Position numbers and translations under genes: made by a program | IMG/VR virus record: IMGVR_UViG_3300008113_000027 | Source: an uncultured virus (IMG/VR IMGVR_UViG_3300008113_000027) | Lineage: Duplodnaviria; Heunggongvirae; Uroviricota; Caudoviricetes | DNA length: 64,000 nt | Direction: 5' to 3' (one strand) | The notes under the pieces: model-generated | Seen by the model: the letters and a program-made list of their open reading frames with translations, nothing else | The model's database searches: none | What the model was told of the DNA's origin: nothing | Shown here: positions 50,401-59,600 of the stretch, one piece after another | Layout: every line of letters starts with the position of its first letter | Position numbering within the stretch: the first letter of the stretch is position 1

Positions 50401-50589
50401 CAAAAATAATTTTTCATTCCAACCTTCAACATTACTAAAGTATTTATCTTTAGCTTGTTGTCTAAGTTCAGAATGTAAAGTTCTAAACTTACCTAAATCT
50501 TTTACATTAAGATATTTATCAATAACACCTTTAGTTTTAAGGTATGATTTAGCATTAGCCTCTGATGTTTTAAATGGTTTACAGCTCAT
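44482..50589 (-). CDS. Giant virion cargo (polyvalent) protein with zincin HExxH and ART-like domains
   Basis: 2035 aa; LHEVLH...EF; VYH..GIFFS..LNLKTP..DG..VFEPEQI; Gly-rich hydrophobic segments near the C-terminus. Confidence 0.75.
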   Translation of the reverse strand: MSCKPFKTSEANAKSYLKTKGVIDKYLNVKDLGKFRTLHSELRQQAKDKYFSNVEGWNEKLFLENKQGTKVYPNTKVFKEIDKISTIRESIEEKETSKKIEKEAKLTQMRDAKRAGLEYDEDYLFNAAETTGITVGTVAKASYFKNSNTRKSSEVLLEISKSNHPLNKLAEKLLPYVKANDVDIVLTNNARKFKLSDGSEATAAGTYFPTDNNILLYTNSPFPTIEKLILHEVLHSISYFQLRQRNDTNEDLFKLYEHAKKNLPKSYELENIDEFLVGIFTDSKFIKELQKLPAIETKKYKNYLEEFLDHLFKYLGFKKGTSLYEQAFDIATNVLEEQKNYLEYEQYNQQFLENEPVEPLFAPSQDKSFEPKEIKPGVKELFNNNSELSSIGTPQQYSQYLDTIFPDSQVKDIVYHTTFKKFIGDKFNKPSEQSLSKGADDGIFFSKDPNYYTKEGFKIASILNLKTPMKYSHGIFMSAIDASGYRQVKDSDGFITYLKEPGADMDAIKPQFPDIDPSDFSKEELEDIENSYQKALDDWKELANKEELVFATVFEPEQIHILGSKDDIKGFKEFVDSNKSFDPKEESDVDEFVDDEFNFDDLAAEYAANQQQKQTKEEAGIETDSALDDEVITNFDKVLSYKKSLRSKLKDRIANLQAMIKDAESKEEALSFARKENQLQERLDQLENDIIDTESGYSYGKLKFQAQQDLQRLQTLLESENVNDINEAKRIINFYKAMSFNAKKVTLDNDPITSHPIFFEEEIFDADGKMQLPQQTIDFFENLSKAFAGYETQLEQKQKKALENIINSHPTIKQLYSEDLSYKHLTAPIGDISWVDMMIMDPSKTISANNVIPQVMMDITQRIFAEKISKAKQFEEKHNKALVKAEKALRSMGAVLSALNFTNPSFDIFFQKSMGRNTGRLVNRYNQDFFDTRATIQADFKEQLRLIRTSGLDEQAKNKLLKQAYQERQQWYRENVLVFDIRRLREVREAFPDLADEYFDEVDDNHRKELIENLGSEQAYKEEVAKQIKQIKKYFVWKEANRQMALEENGVDTFEQLSENVQADIMFNEAAKSPFTGADYFYYGDVQIGNKFVNSSMEYNISVPRRYKAESVSQDKSGRYVTVGKGESTGYYDKQFEQIEKNKDLYEYYQIVQEQMTTILNSFPTEVQEQLFSNSLPTVQKTFREILSDPNISLYKKLWNALVDFYDRVRGGFGINPQSSISFENEDVITGKTEPTVNAEFLNNNKSRINDLLTMELIKANNLPGMGKLKIRRNGTIDVYKLPSSLLNLISEKTNIAPTYEALIAKYGERIPVGKILENSVMADIIQDSSTDLPKLIRYYNMMAAEYTARQELLPYMEMMKNHYTQIQKPKTNKQGIGVTNIFSQQGQTEGLRTRANTQMEDWFNRVILGNRDAKAFGVIDSENVDSKTLKDKIGNLISGRILSQKDKELNKKLNEMINDSKDENEINKLLKIKANLGKQVSASAAFENLFNYIRYLGLGYNLSSGITNYMEGQIANMIIAANGDHFEPHHYYRALNIVKGSLFKSVTGNTNRSTQGSRKLRVLVDRYNILQDSTNELQKASVKTSLDVLDKFTPMEINKRTEYLNQTPLMLSVMFDTEIIGKNGQKSNPWDAMDINGKLLPEFRTEENIKTWELGQGEAFTSFKTKTSQAIGMAHGLGYDNLRGMMAKSSTMGKALMMFKTWVGSQLYTRFASERDDVELGVKGYKGRYRSHTKASLSIMGGIVGWGFGGPLLGAAVGFATGHLIGKRTGVRSNLSTLGEYAFLGKAIARKMIGMPVNFIGSTFTGKQVMNEFVGYEKLIKQGKLGEGKFTERDMKNMRALVTEMSLQLTWIALSLIAKSMFWDDDDEEDSPERIAHNLIVNRTLQVLASSNMYATPEIWTNLVSEQPIIRFFNDVTKFVGATQEWVEGNDIITRGINAGDSKTANAFYKIALPSIVRDSYFGFSKQMEMQFEKTHYDDWYFDDTKKANKILEGKRAVLRAELEEQGVPDKQINKILNKRFPLLKDIKNPDSRE

Positions 50590-50608
50590 TGTTGTTATTT
50601 ATTTATAG

Positions 50609-53600
50609 TTAAATACCACATTCATTATTTTCTGAAGTCCAATCTTCTTTAGGTTCAAATGATTTACCTCTTGTGTCAAATTTAAGAAAAGATTCAAATT
50701 CTGCACCTTCATTTTCTTGTTTTAATACATTACTTGCATTCTTGTTAGATACAATTACAGCTTTATGTCTTGGTCTTGTAACTGCTACATATAAAGATTG
50801 GTTTTTAGTTTTAATAGAAGCATCTTGTACACCAAGAATATTGTCTTCCATTACATACACATTGTTATAAGTAGAACCTTGAGATTTATGTGAAGTAATG
50901 GCATAACCATAATCTGATTTTACATGTTGGTCTTCATTACCCCAATACACATCCCAAGAACTACCACCTACTTTAAATGCATTGTCTGCATTATTTTTTT
51001 GTAGTTCAGCATACTTTTGTTTTACTTTAGGAGAAAGTACTTGTATAGTAACCATTTCTCCACTTTCATTTTGAACTCTAAGAGAATAGCCTGGTAAAGA
51101 TACAACACTTGTTGAAAAGTCATTATTAAGTTTATTGAATTTTATATTTACAGGAGTAGAATTTAATACAACATATTGTTCTCCATTAAAAATATTAGCA
51201 CTAGCTACTAATGATTCTTCTTTAGTATCTTCATTAATAAGTATTTCTCCTTTATTAAATTCATTAGTATTTCCTTCACCCCAAAGAATTTGTCTTGCAA
51301 GATTATTCATACTATCTTTTTCAGCATTAGTGAAGCAAATAATCTTAGTGTTTTCTTTATCAGATTGTAAGTCTTTAGTAAGTTGAGGAACCATTGATGT
51401 TTTAGTTTCAAACAAAGTACCTTTATTTTTCTTTTCATCAAACTTATTTTTTCTATCTGTAATAACTCTTAATTCAGGAGTAGCACTTTCTACATTTGCT
51501 GCAATGACATCACTTAATGCTACAATAGGAGAATCTTCACCTTGACGCATTCTTTCTGTAAGTGTAGCAGTATATTCAGGTTTAGTGTTAGCAGTAAATG
51601 ATACTGAATCTTTATTTTGTAAACTAGCATTTTCTTCAATAGGTGGTAATTGTACATTATCACCCATAAAAATAACTTTTACATTTGGATTTCTAGAAAA
51701 ATTAATAATGTCTGACACCATACTTTGAGTAAGCATTGAACATTCATCAATGATAATTATATCAGCATTATAAAATGGTGAGTTTTCTTTTTTAAATTTA
51801 GGGTCTTTTTCAAATACTGATGGATTATTTCTTTTAGGTTTTAACCCTATTGCTGATGCTATAGTTTTTACTTGAACTCCATTACCCATAGATAGCTGAA
51901 GTATTCCTTTAGCTTTATGAGATATAGTAGCTGCTGCAACTGACTCTCCTTTAAGACCTTCTAATATTTTTTTGATAATAGTAGTTTTACCTGTACCACC
52001 TCTACCTTTAAGTACAAATACTTGTCTTCCTCTATCTTTAACAAAACTATTAAGTTTTTCTATTGCTTTAGTTTGTCCAACATTAGCATTTACTCCAGGA
52101 AACAATTGTACTTTTTCTCCTGCTTTTGATTCATTAATCATATTATCTGTTTCTGCAAGTTCATTTTCCATATCTGCTAATGTACTATCACTCATTCCAA
52201 TTTCTATTTGAGATGCTGTTGGTTCAGGTTCAACTTCTTTTTTTCCAATAGCTTCTAATAGCTCATCCATATCAGTAGCATTTGTTTCACTTAACAATGC
52301 TTCTACATAATCCTGATGTGCAGAAAAGAATTTTAATTGGTTATCAGTAACACTTGCTTCATTTAAAAACTTAACTATTTTAGGATAACCATTAAACTGT
52401 GAATAATCTATTTCATCTGGAAATGTTACTTGTTCTGGATTATCATTAAGTAATTGATTTTCACTATTAATAAGTGCAGCTAAATTAGTTTTAACTTTAC
52501 TATATACTTCTTGATTTAAATCTGTTTGAGTAGTAGGTGTAAACAAATCTAATATCTCTTTTTGAGTAACTCTTGAACCAGTATTTACATTTAAAACTTT
52601 ATTATCTATTTTTACATACTCTTGTTTATTAAATATTTTAGTTTCAAAGTTATTAGCTTTAGCATAAGCTGCTAATACTTTATTGATTTGAGTTTCATTA
52701 GTTTCTACTTTATCACCAGCTTTAGCATTGTGAATAACTTCACCTGTACTTGGATTATAAGTATAAGTAAATTGGTCTACTTTAGTAATAAATGATTTTT
52801 CAGATGTAGTACTAGGTTGAGTAGTTATATTATTAACAACTTCATTATTAGTTTGAGTAGTTGTAGTAGGTTTAGAAGATTGATTTATTGGTATTACAAA
52901 ATTTTTATCTTGTACTAATTTATTTCCTGTTATATATTGATATGCTTTATTAAAATATTCAAACAAATTACCTCCTATTTCATCTTTAATATTATAAATA
53001 TCTTCTGGTGTAACATTTCCTTGCTGTGCATTTATTTGTTCCCAAGCTTCTGCACCACTAACATTAGTGTTTATATAAGATTTATTACCACTATATATTT
53101 TTCTAATTTCATTTAATCTTTCTGTAAAAACACCTGTAGGTTTAGGCATCTGTATTTCTTGAATAGCAACAGATTGAGTAGTTGTAGTAGGTTGAGTTTG
53201 AGTAGGTTTACTATCTTCAATAAGTTGGAATATATTTTTAATAGCATCATCTGTAAGAGTACCTTCTTCTATACCAATAGCTTCTAATACTGATTTGATA
53301 AAGTTTCTTAACTTATCCATCAATGTAGTATTAGAAGAACCTATTTTAATTTCACTCATTGCCTGTTGGAATTCAGGTTGAGTCATAATCATTTCAATAA
53401 ATTCTTTAATATTTACAGTACCATAAAGTATTCTTTTTTCTTCTTTATCAAATCCTACTTTTTCACCTTGTTGAAGTCTTTCAAACTTTTCAAGCATTGA
53501 TTTATACTTAGCAGCATACTTACCTGTACTCAATGCAGTTTGTGCCCTTTTATATAATACAATAATTTCTCTTGCTGCTTTAGCTCCAGGTACACCATCT

Positions 53601-56600
53601 TTAGGTTCAAGTTGACCTTTTGAATCAGTATGATTAAGTATAAGTTGGTCAGTAACTGAATGTACAGTTTCTTTTAAAATAGTTCTTGCAAGCATTTCAT
53701 CAGATGCTTCTTTAGCATATTGTCTATCAATTTGAATTACACCATTTTGATAAGTACCATTACTTTCTAAACCATCAACTACTTTGATTACAGTATTAGG
53801 GTCAACCTTAGATATAAGTTGTTTAAGAATTGTAGTTATGTTAGCAGGAAGATTATTTGAATTAACTATATTTCTAAGAATAGTAATAAAATTATCTTGA
53901 CCTAATCCAAATCTTTCTTCATTTATAAGTTTAGAAACTGCATCATCATTTTTAGGTTCACTAACTGGTGGTGGAGCAATATCTCTTACTCTACCTTTAC
54001 TTATTTGTCTTTGTTGTTGATTAGGATTTATATCATAAGCAAATACTTTTTGTCCTTGATTACCTTTACTAACTGCTACTGCTAATGGCTTATATTCATT
54101 TCCCATTTTTATCCATAGGTAATCTTTACCTTTAACTCTATGTGCAATAAAGTTAGGAGCATTAGTTGAATTATAACCTGCATTAGTTATAGTTATATTT
54201 GAACTTAATACTTTATTAGCTTTACTTTCTTCCATTAATAGTTTAGGAAGTGAAGTAGGATTATTTCTTGCAAATTGAATTGCAAAATCACTTGGTGCAT
54301 TTTCTTTAAATCCAAATATATTTGTAGTGTCATAGTTTATATCATTAAGTGCTTCAGTAAATCCCATTTGTTCTAAATAACTTATAGGAATAAACTTAGC
54401 AAATTGAGTAGCTTCTTGTACACCACCTTCTAATAATGCATAGTTAATTAAATCTTGTGCAAGTTTTTTAGCACTATATATTTCTCCATTAAATGCAGGG
54501 AGTACAAGGTCAGTACCTAATAATTCTAATAATGCATTATTTAATCCATCTTCATCAAAGTTAGCACCAGCAGTATTCTCATATAAAATCATAGATGGTT
54601 TGCCAGTATAATCAATATCATAGGCAAATCTTTGTATGAGTTTATTACTTTTAAGTTGAGGAAATTTATTTGCTACATCAGATAAATATTTTGCCAAAGA
54701 TACTTTACCAGCTTTTTTATCATCATACATTAATCTATATCTTTCTTCAGTAGCTGTTCCTGATTTAATAAGATTTTTCTGAGTCATTACTGCATTAAAA
54801 TACTTCTTAATTTCTTTAAGTACCATGTGTTGCTTCTCAGCTTTTTTAGCTTCACTTGCTTCACTCTTACTTACTAATTCCATTACTTCAGTTATAGCTT
54901 TATTAATAGAATCTTTATTGTATGGAAAATGTTTTTCCCATAAGTTATTAGCAGTAACTAATGCATTTAAAGATACAGCACCAATTGATGTTGTAGGTTT
55001 AATCATTAACTGATTTGTAATAGGAATAAATCCTTCTTTTATTTTTTCATCATATTCTTTTTTAGTTAAATTGTCAGTCATTAAATAATCACCTATTAAT
55101 TGGTCAGCATTTCTAATAGAGTCATTACTTACTAATGCTGTTACAGTTTTAATCTTTTCTCCTATTTCAGGAATTGATTTACCTAATCCTTTAGAGTCTG
55201 TATTAATTGCACCCTGTACACTTCTTAATGCTAATCCATATTGTTTAAGCATTAAAAATCTATTTAATGCTATAATTTGTAAATGATTATTAGTTTTATC
55301 CTTTGTTGATTTTTTAACTAACTCATTATACATTTCAGATGTAGTGAGTTTACTACCATACTCACTATCAAACTCATAAGCATCTGGTGCATCTCCTAAT
55401 ATTTTTAATGTATTTGGTTCAAAATACTTTTCATAAAGTTTTTGTATTACTTCAGCTTCTGCATTTGGATTATAACCTTTTATGTTAGAAGTAGCTTTAC
55501 TCATTTCAACTACATAATCTTTAATGATTGGTTGAGATAAGAAAAGGAATGATATAGAATTACCATCTTCTCCTTTATCAAATCCTAACATACACAATAC
55601 TTTATCTACATCCATTGTATATGAGTTAAGATTTACTTTACCCATTACTTGTAACTTCTCATTATCTACTGCAATGTTTTGTCTTTCAGATAACACTTCT
55701 GCAATAGGTCTTTGAAGATTATTATAATCATTAAGTATTTGTTTTAATTCAGGATAGTTTTCTGTTTGTCCTTCAAATACTTGAAGTCCTGTTGCTTCAT
55801 CACTTTTAAGTAATTCAGTAAGATTATCTAATACAGTATCATTTCCATTTAAATCATTTAATCTTGCAATAAAATAATCTTTTTTAGATACAACTTTAGC
55901 ATTAGCTTCTCCTAATTTACCATTAGTGCTAATTGAACCAAATGACATTTTAAAAGGAAATCCATTGTTCATTAACTCTAATTGTTTACCATTAGCTTTA
56001 GCTTGTTCAAATAATGAATGAGAAGTAACATCTAATGAGTATGCACCTGTACCTATTTTACCACTTGCACCTAATGCCATTTTTTGTTTCTGATATTCAT
56101 CAGACAATGGGGTAAAATATTCATTAGTACTTGAATTAACATCATCAATCATTTTTGCTTGGTCTTCAGCATAATCTGTTGATAATATAGTATTAATTTT
56201 CTTTTGTACAGAAGGTCTACTATTACCAAATACAGCTAAGTGTATATTAACAAGCTTATTTTGAAGAAGTTTTTCTTTGATGTTTGATACCTTATCTCCT
56301 GCTTTAATAGGTCTAAATTTACCATCTTCATCTTGGGTATGCCATAATTGATAACTACTTAGTTTATCAACGTCAAAGTCTTGACCCATTTGTTTAGTAA
56401 AGTTCTTAGGGGTAATAATTAAATCACCATTTTGAGCTGGAAGAAATCCTGCAATAGTAACCTTAGAACCTGACATGTGACCTGATGTAGGAATCCTAAA
56501 TGTAATCATGTCTAACAATTGTTTGTCAAACATTTTTTCATTTAGTTGAAATCCTTTGTCAGTTTTAATTACATACTTATAATTTTTTCCATCTTTATCT

Positions 56601-59600
56601 AGTTCTAATAAATCAATTAACTTACCATCATTATCCCTAAACTTAGATGCAACTAATATTTGAGCTGATTTAAGATTATTTTTTTCATCATAATTAGCTG
56701 CTTGTAGTTCTCCATTGAATTCATTATTCAACCAAACTATTTGACTTTTGTCTATACCTGTAAAATCATTTTGAATTTTAAATCCTTCTTCAGAACCTGC
56801 AACATAAGCATTACCAGGTAATTTTACTTTAACAAGTCTGTTATTTACAACAGCATTAAATAGTGCTTCAATTCTATTTGAATTAGCACTCATCCATAAA
56901 GGAAGTTTAAACTTATAATCTACTATTGTTCCATCATTACCATAGACAAATTCTATTTCTAATCCATCTATATCTTGTTTAGACCAACCTCTATCTAATG
57001 CTTCTTCTCTTAAAAGTTTTTGAAGTTTAAGTGCAGTTTCTTTTACATCAATAGGTTGATTAGTTTTTTCATCAATACCTAATTCACTATATAGTTTTTG
57101 TTTCTTTAAATTGTAAAGTTCTATAAATGTTTCATTATATATCTCTTGAAGTTTTTTACCTGAGTAAGATGTACCATCCATTATAAATCCAGACTCATCC
57201 ATCATACCATTACCAAATAAAACTTTAGTAAGCTGAGAACCTAAAGTAGTTGTGTCCTCAGTTCTTTTACCTGATTTAAATGGTACATCTTGTTGTATCT
57301 TAAAATCTTTTCTATTTAAAACTAATGATGCACTTTCAAGTTCTTTTTGTGTTATGTTTTTAATTTTACCTGTACTATCAAACATTTTTAATGGAGCACT
57401 TAATGCTCCTACTTTATTTGCAGTTTGATATGATGCTCTTACAAATCCACCTTTTTGAAAATCCTGTAATGCTATTCTAAGTTTATCTAATTCAGTACCT
57501 GCTGTCATTTGAGGAATAAGAGGAAATGAAGATGATTTAATATACATCATTCTCATTACTCCTTGTTCTTTATCATATATTTGACCAGTATATACAGGCT
57601 TAATAGGTTGAAGCACTTTAGCAAAAATTTCTTTTTGAGCATCAGTCATTTTTTCAAAAGGAATATTTTCAGTAAATATTTTTTCAGCTTCTTTTAAATC
57701 TTCATCTGTAAGTGAAAGTACTTTATCAGAAGTTTTACCCATTTGTTTAAGTACATGTAAGTGTTCTTGCCATGTAGTATACTCTTGAGCATCAGTAGAT
57801 TCTATATCAAAATATCCTGCTGATTTAGGATATTGTTCCATAAACTTATCATACTGTATTTGTTTTTCATCTGGATTTTCAATACTCATTATTCTACTAT
57901 ACCCATCAGCATCAAACTCTTTACCATCTAATACTTTAGTAAGGAATCCAATGTTTTGAGAAACAGAAACTCTATCTGCTAAAAAGACTTGATGATAAGT
58001 TTCATTTTTAGATTCTGCTAATTTAGAACCAGGAGCTATCATAGCTGCTAACCTTTTACCTACATTGATAAAAGTTTCTTCTGATTGTTTAGTATAACTT
58101 TCTTTAGAGTCAGCTTTATAATATAAAGCAGGGTCACCAATGATAGTCATATAAGCATTAGCATTACCAATCATTTGATTGATAACATAATCAAATGCAA
58201 TTACATTTAATTTAGTATCATTTGTTAATTCATTCTTTTTGTCAGTATCTGTAACATAAGCAGTATCAAAAAATTTAAGTTTTAATTCACCACTTTCATC
58301 TATTGTGGCTAACTCATTATCTTTCCATACTTTCATTTTATTATTTACAAGTTCATTAAGATACTTGTTTATTTCAGGATATATTTGAAGTTTAAGTTCA
58401 TCATTAAGTTTATCTATAGTAAAGGTACTTGAGTTTAAAAGAGAGTTTAAACTACCTTCCCACATAGTGCCATCATTTAATTTATAACTAACTTTTAAAT
58501 CATTAAGCTTGGGTAAAAACATTAACATTTTTTTACCTTTATCATAACCTTTTATATTAGTAGTTTTAGGTGTTTTTGTTTTTTTATTTCCATTAGAATC
58601 AACAATTCTTTCTATTTCAGGTAATACTAATTGATTAAATAATAATCTTAATACTTCAGGTTTAGCTTCAAGTGTTTTTGTTTCTTCGTTATAAGTATAA
58701 TAAGATATATCATTTAACTTAAACATTGGTGCTTTTACAGTAACCATAGTTGACTTATCTGACATAGTTGGAAATAACATAGATGCTATTCTCATTGGAA
58801 ACTCTACATTATCAACCCTATGAGTTACTTTAGTACTACCTTGTTTCATGTCCATAAACATTGCTAACTTAACAAGTTCATGGTCAGCATCTGCTAAACT
58901 AGTAATACCATTATCTTTAAATATTTTTTTACCTGCTTCTTTTAAAGCATTTAAATCTAAGTGTGAAATACTAAATGCATTAGGTAATGCACTATTATCT
59001 AACCATTGTAACCATGCTGCGTGTTTAGAAAATGCAAGACTACCTAATTGTTCTCTAATATCTCCAGCATTAGTTTTTAAATCTACAAATCTATCAGTAA
59101 CATACTTGTATGCAGTATAACCATAAATAGATTTTTTACCTGACCTAAATGAACTTGTAGCTACATTTTCTACATATTTAGCTTGAAACCTAGCTAAACC
59201 ATTTTCAATTGCATTATCTCTAAATGGATGATTACCTTCAAGTTCAGTTGGTATAATCATACTGTCACTATTAACAACAGTTTTTAACCAGTTAGCAAGA
59301 ATACCAATGGGTTGATGAGCTTTATCTGTACTTGCAAAAAATTTATCAGGAGTAAGTTTTGTATTTTTATCTACATAGTATTGACCACTAAGTATTCTAT
59401 GTATTGCATTAGGATGCATATCAATACCAAATGATTCTAACCAAGTTAATACTGTGTCAACTGCTTCAGCTTGTTCATCAATACTCATGTTTGAGTATTC
59501 CATAATAGGAACATTCTTACCTTCTATTGGAATATTTTTAACTTTTAATGCTCTACTAATAGCAGGAGTTGTAGGTTTACCAAGTGTATATTTTAATTTA

